The translations under genes and the position numbers were made by a program. A stretch of 32,000 nucleotides of DNA, taken from positions 1,170,001 to 1,202,000 of the forward strand of contig NC_006512.1 in assembly GCF_000008465.1 (NCBI RefSeq), in the 5' to 3' direction. This DNA comes from Idiomarina loihiensis L2TR (GTDB lineage Bacteria > Pseudomonadota > Gammaproteobacteria > Enterobacterales > Alteromonadaceae). Shown in pieces: positions 18,972 through 26,861 of the stretch; the first letter of the stretch is position 1, and each line of letters begins with the position of its first letter. The notes beneath the pieces are model-generated. The model saw only the letters and a program-made list of their open reading frames with translations, was not told the DNA's origin and made no database searches.

Positions 18972-20609
18972 ATGGCTGATATTAAGCAACTGTTACAACA
19001 AATGATGGCCTCTCCGGAACGAACCTTAGCTCGTGCCGAACAGCAGCAATTGTCCAGTCTAATGCGTATTTTCAGTGGCTCCGCCTCTAATGGCAGCGCA
19101 ACCGCAGCCGCAACTCAGGCTCCGCAACAGGGTAATATTCCAACGCCTTCGATTAACGCTGGCCTGCTGAATCAGGCAAATACAACTCGGTTACTCGCTC
19201 AATTATTGGTCCAGATCAGTTTACCGGTAACTTTTGAGCCAGCGAAAGGCCAGCAACCAGCTCGTATTCAGGGTAACAACTGGCAATGGCCTAACCCACC
19301 CAAAAATATTCAGCCGCCATTAACGGCGCCAACGAAATTGCAACTGACAATAACTCAGCCAGATCCTAAACAGCCGATAGTTCGTGTAGCTCTTAGCACT
19401 GGTGCAACAAAGCCTGTGGCTGTTGCAGAGGTGCCGATAACTCAACTGCCGCCCAAACTGGTTAAAGCCTTTGTTGAGCAAGGTCGGGTTGCTACGGTGC
19501 AACCGACACCGCAACAGCCGGTAACATCAAAGCCAGGCGCTCAACCCATTAACCAGCCAGTGAGTCAGCCAAACGCCGCTGCCCAGCCCTCGCAGGCACA
19601 AAAAGTGTCGATACCAACGGCTACCGGATTAGCAATAAAACAGGCTCAGCAAATAACACCCAAACAATTTCAACAGGCATTGCAGAACTTTATACCAGAA
19701 AGCCTGCGGCCTTCGCCCTCATCGACAAGCACGACTGAAAGCGTTCAGCAGCCAACGGCGCGATTATCAGCAGAAGCAGCAAGAGAAGCCTTGCAGTCGC
19801 CACCTAAGGCCTTACAACAGCTTTTAGTCAGAGTACTTCAGCAAATGCCAACAGCGGATTCCATGCAGCGCCCCCAGGCCTTGCAGAGCTGGGTCAGCGA
19901 ATGGTTTGCGGCGCGCCCGGTCAGCGCTCAACCCAGCCAGCAAATGGGAGGTTTAGGGCAAATGCTAATGACGCTGCTGGGGCTGGCAATGCAGCAGCAA
20001 CCGGAAACGACCAGCAATAGTTCAGCAGCGAGAACCTCACCAAATCAGTTTACTCAGGCCTTTATTCAGCAGGTGCTTAACCCTGCCCCTGAAAATGCAG
20101 GCGAAGTACGCGAACGTATTAATGCCCTGCTGCAACAATTACCGCAGCAACAGCTACAGCGACTATTACAACTTTTTACCGGTATCCTTAATTCAGCGCA
20201 GAGCAGTCAGGCCAGGCTTCAGGACTCGCCTGCCCAACAACCGGAATATTACATTCTGCTACCCGCTGATACACAAAAACCACAGCAGCATGAACTGCTT
20301 ATTCGCAGTGAGCGCGAAAGCAGCAATAAAGAGAGTAACGGTCGCACCTTATGGTTATTTACTCTGCGCTTTGAACTTGAAAGCACCGGGCCTTTGCTGG
20401 TTAAAGGTCGCTATCACCCACAAGGGTCATCGGTTGACTTCTATACCGAAACGAAAGCGGCGCAAAAAGTGGTTGAGAGTAATGTCGAAAAGCTTGAAAA
20501 AAGGCTTGCCGAGCTGGAGGTTAACAGCGTTAAACTTCGGGTTCAGCAAGGCAAAATTCCGGACAATCTGGCACAGCAGCACAGCGGTATTATTCGGGTG
20601 ACCGTATGA
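18972..20609 (+). CDS. Q/P/A-rich protein with a FliK-like (flagellar hook-length control, Flg_hook-type) C-terminal domain
   Basis: 545 aa. The first roughly 420 aa are low-complexity and Gln/Pro-rich. The C-terminal 100 aa or so (nt about 20247..20561, LRFELESTGPLLVKGRYHPQGSSVDFYTETKAAQKVVESNVEKLEKRLAELEVNSVKLRVQQG) follow the FliK C-domain pattern. An AGGTAAAG Shine-Dalgarno precedes the ATG. The gene is paired with an FlhB C-terminal-like gene. Confidence 0.55.
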   Translation: MADIKQLLQQMMASPERTLARAEQQQLSSLMRIFSGSASNGSATAAATQAPQQGNIPTPSINAGLLNQANTTRLLAQLLVQISLPVTFEPAKGQQPARIQGNNWQWPNPPKNIQPPLTAPTKLQLTITQPDPKQPIVRVALSTGATKPVAVAEVPITQLPPKLVKAFVEQGRVATVQPTPQQPVTSKPGAQPINQPVSQPNAAAQPSQAQKVSIPTATGLAIKQAQQITPKQFQQALQNFIPESLRPSPSSTSTTESVQQPTARLSAEAAREALQSPPKALQQLLVRVLQQMPTADSMQRPQALQSWVSEWFAARPVSAQPSQQMGGLGQMLMTLLGLAMQQQPETTSNSSAARTSPNQFTQAFIQQVLNPAPENAGEVRERINALLQQLPQQQLQRLLQLFTGILNSAQSSQARLQDSPAQQPEYYILLPADTQKPQQHELLIRSERESSNKESNGRTLWLFTLRFELESTGPLLVKGRYHPQGSSVDFYTETKAAQKVVESNVEKLEKRLAELEVNSVKLRVQQGKIPDNLAQQHSGIIRVTV

Positions 20610-20887
20610 GTGACAAGAAAGAAAAACAAGCGATAGGTTTGTCTTACGACGGTTTTAATGCGCCCAAAGTCATAGCCCGGGGGTTTGACGAACTTGCTGA
20701 AGAAATTATTGCCGTTGCAAAAGAGCATGGCGTTTTAGTCCATGAAGATCCTTTGCTGTCCGATTCGCTGGCCAAACTGAATGTGGGCGATGAAATTCCA
20801 CGCGAGCTGTACATTATTATTGCGGAAATTATCGCTTTCGCGTACTTACTGGATGGCAAATTCCCAAGACAATGGGAAGAGGGTTAA
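20606..20887 (+). CDS. Stand-alone FlhB/YscU C-terminal-domain-like protein (soluble, no TM region, no NPTH site)
   Basis: 93 aa. AIGLSYDGFNAPKVIARG...AKEHGVLVHEDPLLSDSL...EIPRELYIIIAEIIAFAY aligns with the extreme C-terminal subdomain of FlhB-family proteins. Its start overlaps the upstream stop (ATGA). Confidence 0.8.
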   Translation: MSDKKEKQAIGLSYDGFNAPKVIARGFDELAEEIIAVAKEHGVLVHEDPLLSDSLAKLNVGDEIPRELYIIIAEIIAFAYLLDGKFPRQWEEG

Positions 20888-20893
20888 GCCGCT

Positions 20894-21346
20894 TTATGCG
20901 CCTTTCTTATGCAACGAGGTTAATAACTCAGCCTCAGCCTGCGGCAGGTCACATTCCTGCATCAGCTCTTCAACACTGGCTCCGCTCGCCACTAACTTAG
21001 CTGCGCGCTGATAAAGCGCGCTACCCGGGTCCTGCTCCGCAACTTCTTGCAACCTTTGCTGTAACTGCTGTTGCTCCTCGTTTAGCTGCGCAACTTGCTG
21101 TTGCAACTGAGCAACGACTTGCTGCTGAGCAAAATCAGTCTTCGAGGGTGCTTCAGAGGGTTGCTGTTTGAACTGCTCACGTAAGGACAACACTTCACTG
21201 GCAGTTTCGGTCAGCATGAGCAAGCGCTGCTGCTGACGCTCAATGAGCTCAGCTTGCCGCCGCGAGGTAATAACCACCGCTACTAAAGCAATAAGCGCCA
21301 GCCCAAGAGCCAGCGCTGAAATAGCAAATAACCAGTTCGTCATCAT
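20894..21346 (-). CDS. DUF2802-like membrane-anchored coiled-coil protein, last gene of the che string
   Basis: 150 aa. It has an N-terminal TM segment WLFAISALALGLALIALVAVVI, a Gln-rich coiled coil QQQVVAQLQQQVAQLNEEQQQLQQRLQ and a C-terminal helical module ALYQRAAKLVASGASVEELMQECDLPQAEAELL. Its ATG directly follows the cheW stop. Confidence 0.6.
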   Translation of the reverse strand: MMTNWLFAISALALGLALIALVAVVITSRRQAELIERQQQRLLMLTETASEVLSLREQFKQQPSEAPSKTDFAQQQVVAQLQQQVAQLNEEQQQLQQRLQEVAEQDPGSALYQRAAKLVASGASVEELMQECDLPQAEAELLTSLHKKGA

Positions 21347-21850
21347 TTAGCTCAGACGGGAAATTTCATCCCACTCTTCATCGGTGAGCATTTTATCCAG
21401 GTCAACCAGAATCAAGAGTTCGTCATCTCGGTTACTTACGCCCTGAATAAAGCGAGCACTCTCGTCAGTACCCACATTCGGAGCGCTATCAATTTCTGAG
21501 GTTTTCAGATAAACCACCTCGGCAACGCTATCGACCAGTATGCCAATAACCTGCTGTTCAGACTCAATGATCACAATACGTGAATTGTCTGTGACTTCGG
21601 TCGTCTGCAAGCCAAAGCGCAGGCGCGTATCAATAACGGTAACCACGTTACCGCGCAAATTGATAATACCTAATACGTAACTGGGTGCGCCGGGTACGGG
21701 AGCAATTTCGCTGTAGCGCAGCACTTCCTGAACCTGCATTACATTGATACCGTAAGTTTCCTGTTCCAGCTGGAAAGTTACCCACTGCAGAACTTCGTCA
21801 TTCCCATCAACGTCAGTTTCATTCTTGATAGCGCGATTGTCTTTACTCAT
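21347..21850 (-). CDS. cheW: Chemotaxis coupling protein CheW
   Basis: 167 aa consisting of a single CheW domain (FQLEQETYGINVMQVQEVL...PNVG...FIQGV). Confidence 0.93.
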   Translation of the reverse strand: MSKDNRAIKNETDVDGNDEVLQWVTFQLEQETYGINVMQVQEVLRYSEIAPVPGAPSYVLGIINLRGNVVTVIDTRLRFGLQTTEVTDNSRIVIIESEQQVIGILVDSVAEVVYLKTSEIDSAPNVGTDESARFIQGVSNRDDELLILVDLDKMLTDEEWDEISRLS

Positions 21851-21871
21851 CTCTTACTCCGCCATGCGTTA

Positions 21872-22729
21872 TTAATCTTGCTGGATATGTCCCAGACCTT
21901 TATCCAGAAGTGTAATCAATGCGTTAACATCCAGCAATGCACACATTCTGTCACGGACAACCCCGGCAAGCCAGGGTCGCTTATTATTTGTTTCCTTACG
22001 CCACTGAATCGATTGCGGCTGCAAAGGTTCACTGGTCACTAATTCTTCACACAACAGTCCCCATGGGCTGTCATTCAAAGTAATTAAATACTGATAATCT
22101 AAACTTTCTTCCAGCTCCGGTGTACATTTTTCCGGCATGACCCAACGAGCCGTATCAACCACCTGCAGTTTATTGTCACGCTCAGTCATAATACCGCGGA
22201 ACCACTTAGGTTTTCCCATCAGCGGACTAATTTTGCCCAGTTGATGGATGCCTCCCAGGCTTTTTAGCGGCACGGCCAGAGTTAAGCCTGCCACTTTAAA
22301 AAATAACGCCTGAAAGTCCTGTTCCATATACTCTGACATCGCATCGGGAAGTGGCTCCTCTGGAGGCTCAGAAACCTCAAAGACTTCAGTTTCCACTTCC
22401 GTTTCGGTATCAGTATGTACTTCCGTATCAATGTCTGTCTCAGTGGTTGTCAGGTCAACAGTTTCTGTTTCAACTTCTGTTTCCGTAACCGTTTCAACCT
22501 CTGGTTCTTTATAGCTATCGTCCGCTTTTGCAGAAACTAAAGGTAATAAATCCTGCTCACGGTTTAAGCTAACCGTTTCTTCCTCAGCAACCGCCTGAAT
22601 TTTCGGTGCCGCTTGCTCTAATAGCCGTTTAACCGGTTCATTGTCAAACTCAACCGTTTCTTCCTCAAGCAGTAAAGCATTGAGGTATTCTGCCATAGCG
22701 GCTTCACTGTTATCGCGTTTAGTCGTCAT
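21872..22729 (-). CDS. parP: ParP-like protein: N-terminal ParC-interaction region, acidic Thr/Glu repeat spacer and C-terminal CheW-like domain
   Basis: 285 aa. The C-terminal half (FQALFFKVAGLTLAVPLKSLGGIH...) is CheW-like. The position between the ParA-like gene and cheW matches the Vibrio parC-parP-cheW arrangement. Confidence 0.7.
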   Translation of the reverse strand: MTTKRDNSEAAMAEYLNALLLEEETVEFDNEPVKRLLEQAAPKIQAVAEEETVSLNREQDLLPLVSAKADDSYKEPEVETVTETEVETETVDLTTTETDIDTEVHTDTETEVETEVFEVSEPPEEPLPDAMSEYMEQDFQALFFKVAGLTLAVPLKSLGGIHQLGKISPLMGKPKWFRGIMTERDNKLQVVDTARWVMPEKCTPELEESLDYQYLITLNDSPWGLLCEELVTSEPLQPQSIQWRKETNNKRPWLAGVVRDRMCALLDVNALITLLDKGLGHIQQD

Positions 22730-22732
22730 AAA

Positions 22733-23509
22733 TCAACGCTCTTCCAGCTGCTTCAAATTAGTTAATAGTGACTGGTAAGCCAACACCCCTCGCGATTTCG
22801 GTGCATAAGCAGAAGGTGTGAGCTGCTCATTAGAGGCATCGCGGAATTTTGTATCTATTGGGATCATGCCATTCCAGACCGAGCGACCATAACGTGCAAT
22901 GAGCTTCTTATACGTTTGCAAAGACGCATTGGTTCGCTTGTCATAAAGTGTCGGGATAATAGTATAAGCGTAATTCTCACCGCGAGACTTATGTATTAAC
23001 GTTAAGGTTCGCATCATGCGCTCTAGCCCTTTGAGCGCTAAAAACTCAGTTTGAACTGGAATCAATACTCTCTGGCAACAGGCAAGGGCGTTGACCATAA
23101 GAACCCCCAGCACGGGCGGCACATCAATAAGAACATAGTCGAAATCATCAGCGACCATTGCCAGTCCACGTTTTAAGACCAGTCCCATACCATCCTGAGT
23201 GCCGAGTTTACGATCCAGCGTCGCCAGTGCCATAGTGGCAGGCATAACGCTCAGATGCTTAAACTGGGTAGGCAAAATACTGCGGCGCATCAAATCTGCA
23301 CTTACAGCTTTACCAGCACTGAAGACATCAAAAGAGCCGGACTCCAGCGATTCTGAATCAATCCCAAAATAGTAGGTTAATGACGCATGGGGGTCAGTAT
23401 CAATACAAAGGACTCGCTTACCCTGTTCAGCCAATAGGCCTGCCAGCGCAACGGTTGTGGTGGTCTTTCCGACCCCGCCTTTTTGATTAGCTACCGTCCA
23501 TACGATCAT
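22733..23509 (-). CDS. parC: ParA/MinD-family ATPase ParC (chemotaxis-array positioning; not topoisomerase IV)
   Basis: 258 aa with the deviant Walker A NQKGGVGKTTT. It lies between cheB and parP, as in Vibrio and Pseudomonas F6 chemotaxis clusters. Confidence 0.75.
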   Translation of the reverse strand: MIVWTVANQKGGVGKTTTTVALAGLLAEQGKRVLCIDTDPHASLTYYFGIDSESLESGSFDVFSAGKAVSADLMRRSILPTQFKHLSVMPATMALATLDRKLGTQDGMGLVLKRGLAMVADDFDYVLIDVPPVLGVLMVNALACCQRVLIPVQTEFLALKGLERMMRTLTLIHKSRGENYAYTIIPTLYDKRTNASLQTYKKLIARYGRSVWNGMIPIDTKFRDASNEQLTPSAYAPKSRGVLAYQSLLTNLKQLEER

Positions 23510-23521
23510 TCACTCATCCTG

Positions 23522-24682
23522 CTACAAGCCGCTGTAACCGACTTCTTTCATAATAGCCTTGGCCATTCCTTCAAGGCTGATACTGCGGGTTGAAATGCCC
23601 GCCTGGGCAACCGCTTGTGGCATTCCGTACACAACACAGCTGGCCTGATCCTGAGCCCAGATAGTCGCCCCCTGATCCTTCAGCATTCGTGAACCATCAC
23701 GGCCATCAGCACCCATGCCGGTTAAAATGACACCCAGCACTTTGCCCATGTAGGTTTTCGATAAGCTGGCAAAGGTTAAGTCGACACTCGGCTTGTAAGT
23801 AATACGCCCGCTAGTGTCATCTTTTATCCGTAATCTGGCGCTACCCGGACGGCCTTCAACCATCATCTGTTTGCCACCCGGCGCTAAATACGCGGTTCCG
23901 GCCTTTAGCACATCACCGTCTTCAGCTTCTTTAACATGCACTTGGCACAGACCATCCAGACGCTGTGAAAAGGCCTTGGTAAAAGCCGCAGGCATGTGTT
24001 GAACCATAACGATAGGATAAGGGAAATTGCCGGGCAATTGAGTCAATATTTTTTGCAATGCAACAGGACCACCGGTTGAGGTTCCTATCGCCAGTAATTG
24101 ATAAGCCCGGTTTATTGTTAATGCGCCAGCCGATGTCGCTGTCCGTGCATCACTTTCACGCTGACTTTGCAGTTCATTATTACGTTGCCGGATACGATCC
24201 AGCGCTGTAGTAGGTTCAGACGAACGTTCAGGTTGCTTCGCAACAGGCGGCGGTGTTGATGCTCGCGCAGACGTTCGGCTTACCGGCTGCCTCGCAATCG
24301 CTATAACGCGATCCTGCAGAGTTTTTACTGCCTCGTCGCGGTTACGGGCGATATCTTCAAATTTCTTCGGCAGAAAGTCTGCGGCTCCCGCCTCGAGTGC
24401 GTTCAGCGTTGCTGTCGCCCCCTCATGAGTCAAGGAGCTGAACATCAAAATAGGACAAGGATTGCTGCTCATAATGGCTTTTACAGCATCAATGCCGTTC
24501 ATTACCGGCATTTCAATGTCCATGGTAATAACGTCCGGCTTAAGGGTTCGGCTTTGTTCTACCGCTTCTTCGCCATTATTCGCACTACCAATCACTTTAA
24601 TGTTGGTATTGTCTTCTAAAATCTCAGTCACCCGGCGTCTGAAGAACGCCGAGTCGTCTACCACGAGAACTTTTACAGTCAT
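23522..24682 (-). CDS. cheB: Chemotaxis response regulator protein-glutamate methylesterase CheB
   Basis: 386 aa. It has a REC domain (VLVVDDS...DIEMPVMNG), a long S/T/P/Q linker and an esterase domain with GTSTGGP. Confidence 0.95.
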   Translation of the reverse strand: MTVKVLVVDDSAFFRRRVTEILEDNTNIKVIGSANNGEEAVEQSRTLKPDVITMDIEMPVMNGIDAVKAIMSSNPCPILMFSSLTHEGATATLNALEAGAADFLPKKFEDIARNRDEAVKTLQDRVIAIARQPVSRTSARASTPPPVAKQPERSSEPTTALDRIRQRNNELQSQRESDARTATSAGALTINRAYQLLAIGTSTGGPVALQKILTQLPGNFPYPIVMVQHMPAAFTKAFSQRLDGLCQVHVKEAEDGDVLKAGTAYLAPGGKQMMVEGRPGSARLRIKDDTSGRITYKPSVDLTFASLSKTYMGKVLGVILTGMGADGRDGSRMLKDQGATIWAQDQASCVVYGMPQAVAQAGISTRSISLEGMAKAIMKEVGYSGL

Positions 24683-24697
24683 GAACGGTTTGTCCCG

Positions 24698-26848
24698 TTA
24701 TCTTTTGGCGTAATACTTAAGCATGCTGGGCACATCGACTATCAGAGCAATACCACCGTCGCTGGTAATTGTTGCCCCGGCCATTCCTGGCGTACCCTGC
24801 AGTAACTTATCTAAGGGTTTAATAACCACTTCTTCCTGACCAATCAGTGCGTTCACCACAAAGCCTACTTGCTGGTTGCCTATTTGCACTACCACCACGT
24901 GACCTTGCTCATTGCGGGCAGAACCATCCGGATTACGTACCAGCCATTTTTCTAAGAAGAACAGCGGAATAGCACGGTTACGTACAATGAGAGTCAACTG
25001 TCCGTCTACGGTATTGGTGCGCTTCATATCCAGGTCGATAATTTCACTGACAACAGCAAGCGGCAAAGCAAAAGTCTGATCTTTTACGGCGACCATTAGT
25101 GTCGGCAATATTGCCAGAGTCAGCGGCACTTTAATCAAGAGTTCAGTACCTTTACCTAACTCTGAGTTAATTTTAACGCTACCGTTGAGCTGGCTGATTT
25201 TGGTCTTAACCACGTCCATGCCAACTCCACGACCGGAAATATCCGAAACTTGTTCTTTGGTCGAAAAACCCGCCGCGAAAATCAAGTTATAAGCATCTTC
25301 ATCGCTTAAACGTGCAGCGGAGTCTGCGTCCATAATGCCTTTTTTAACGGCTATGCCTCTTAGTTTTTCAGCGTCCATACCAGCGCCATCGTCTTTAATC
25401 GACAGCATAATATGATCACCTTCCTGAGACGCCGACAAGGTAACGGTTCCTGAGCGCGACTTACCATTGGCTTCACGCTCATCCGGCATTTCGATACCAT
25501 GGTCAACAGAGTTACGAACCAAATGCACCAAAGGATCGGCCAGAGCCTCAACTAAGTTCTTATCCAAATCGGTTTCTTCACCGTACATCTCAAGATTGAT
25601 TTCTTTCTTCAGGCTACGAGCCAGGTCACGGACAACCCGAGGGAAACGGCCAAACACTTTCTTAATTGGCTGCATCCGGGTTTTCATCACCGCGCCCTGT
25701 AAGTCGCCAGTGACAACATCCAGGTTCGAAATAGCTTTGCCCATTTCAGCACTGTCTGACTCATCAGAATTACTCAGGCTCAACAAACGGTTTCTGACCA
25801 GTACCAGCTCGCCGACCATGTTCATAATTTCATCTAAGCGCTTGGTATCAACCCGCACAGTAGTTTCAACCGGAGCAGGCGCTGGTGCAGCTGGCTTTTT
25901 ATCTACCGGCTGAGCCGCTGCTGGTTTCGCTTTAGGCTCTGATTTCGGCTCAGGCTTCGGTTCTGGTTTGGATGCTGGTTTTGCCGCAGGTTTCGGCTGC
26001 GCTTTGGGTTCAGGCTTTTTCGGTGCTGGCTCATTAGCAGGCTTATCACCTTTCGGTGTCGGCGCTTTGCCACTGCCATGCAACTCGTCCAGCAAGGATT
26101 CAAATTCGTCGTCTGTTATTTCGTCGTCTTTTGCAGGCTCTTTCTGCTTTTCTTGTTTTTTCTCAGCACTTTGAGGCGCTTTCCCGCTGCCATGAAGTTC
26201 ATCCAGCAATGACTCAAATTCATCATCTGAAATCTCATCACTGTCTTCATTTACCTTGGGCTTGGACGCCGCTGGCTTGTCTTCTTTTCCGGGACCTTTG
26301 CCTTCACCATGCAACTCATCCAGTAACGCTTCGAACTCATCGTCCTGAATTTCATCAATGCTGTCGCTGCTGCTTTCTTCTGCTGCAGGTTCTGGTTCCG
26401 GATCTGTTTCCTCGGCAGGTTCATCTTTTGGAACCTCTATAGGCGCTTCGTCCTCAGACTCTGGTTCACTCAACTTATGCAGTAATTCCAGCAACTCCGG
26501 TGAAGCTGCTTCAGGTTCTTCTTTGGCGCGCACCTGCGCAAACTGAGTATTGATAGTATCCAAAGACTGAAGAATCACGTCCATCAGGTCGGAAGTGACA
26601 GTACGTTGACCATTACGCAGGGTATCGAATACGTTTTCCGCACCATGACAGGTATCAACCAGAGCTCCCAGAGACAGGAACCCGGCACCACCTTTAACCG
26701 TATGAAAGCCACGGAAAATAGCATTCAACAGATCTTTGTTTTGCGGATCATTTTCCAGTTCAACTAGCTGTTCAGACAGTTGCTCGAGGATCTCTCCAGC
26801 CTCGATCAAAAAATCCTGCAGAATGTCTTCGTCCATATCAAAGCTCAT
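24698..26848 (-). CDS. cheA: Chemotaxis histidine kinase CheA (P1, repeat-containing disordered linker, P3, P4, P5)
   Basis: 716 aa. It has the HPt site FRGFHTVKGGAGF, a dimerisation region, HATPase boxes (HLVRNSVDHG, DDGAGMD, GRGVGMD) and a C-terminal CheW-like P5. Confidence 0.97.
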   Translation of the reverse strand: MSFDMDEDILQDFLIEAGEILEQLSEQLVELENDPQNKDLLNAIFRGFHTVKGGAGFLSLGALVDTCHGAENVFDTLRNGQRTVTSDLMDVILQSLDTINTQFAQVRAKEEPEAASPELLELLHKLSEPESEDEAPIEVPKDEPAEETDPEPEPAAEESSSDSIDEIQDDEFEALLDELHGEGKGPGKEDKPAASKPKVNEDSDEISDDEFESLLDELHGSGKAPQSAEKKQEKQKEPAKDDEITDDEFESLLDELHGSGKAPTPKGDKPANEPAPKKPEPKAQPKPAAKPASKPEPKPEPKSEPKAKPAAAQPVDKKPAAPAPAPVETTVRVDTKRLDEIMNMVGELVLVRNRLLSLSNSDESDSAEMGKAISNLDVVTGDLQGAVMKTRMQPIKKVFGRFPRVVRDLARSLKKEINLEMYGEETDLDKNLVEALADPLVHLVRNSVDHGIEMPDEREANGKSRSGTVTLSASQEGDHIMLSIKDDGAGMDAEKLRGIAVKKGIMDADSAARLSDEDAYNLIFAAGFSTKEQVSDISGRGVGMDVVKTKISQLNGSVKINSELGKGTELLIKVPLTLAILPTLMVAVKDQTFALPLAVVSEIIDLDMKRTNTVDGQLTLIVRNRAIPLFFLEKWLVRNPDGSARNEQGHVVVVQIGNQQVGFVVNALIGQEEVVIKPLDKLLQGTPGMAGATITSDGGIALIVDVPSMLKYYAKR
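26063..26356 (-). repeat. Three tandem in-frame copies of an 18-20-aa motif (I-x-DDEFE-x-LLDELHG-x-GK) in the CheA linker
   Basis: The copies are at CheA aa 165-184, 204-223 and 243-262, spaced 39 aa apart. The repeat is also visible at the nucleotide level (gatgaatttgagtcattgctggatgaacttcatggc versus gacgaatttgaatccttgctggacgagttgcatggc). Confidence 0.85.
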
Positions 26849-26861
26849 GCGACTGATGCTC

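Noticed and set aside
20095-20601. A 168-aa alternative-frame ORF inside the 3' half of the FliK-like gene.
   Set aside because: The translation is Arg/Lys/Cys/Asn-rich with no motif. The annotated frame gives a coherent FliK-C-like domain over the same bases. The ORF most likely results from the Gln-codon (CAG/CAA) bias of the host frame.
20886-20908. A hairpin AAGCCGC-TTTAT-GCGCCTT followed by TTTCTTAT, considered as a terminator for the FliK-like/FlhB-CC-like operon.
   Set aside because: The stem is only 7 bp with a central C-C mismatch, and the T-tract is interrupted. This is too weak to call as a feature.
25467-26546. Several plus-strand ORFs (62-148 aa) antisense to cheA, plus two short alternate-frame sense-strand ORFs (25360-25551, 25903-26103).
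   Set aside because: They sit over the repetitive E/D/P/K linker, where low codon diversity removes stops from other frames. The translations are Ser/Gly/Phe/Cys low-complexity with no start context.
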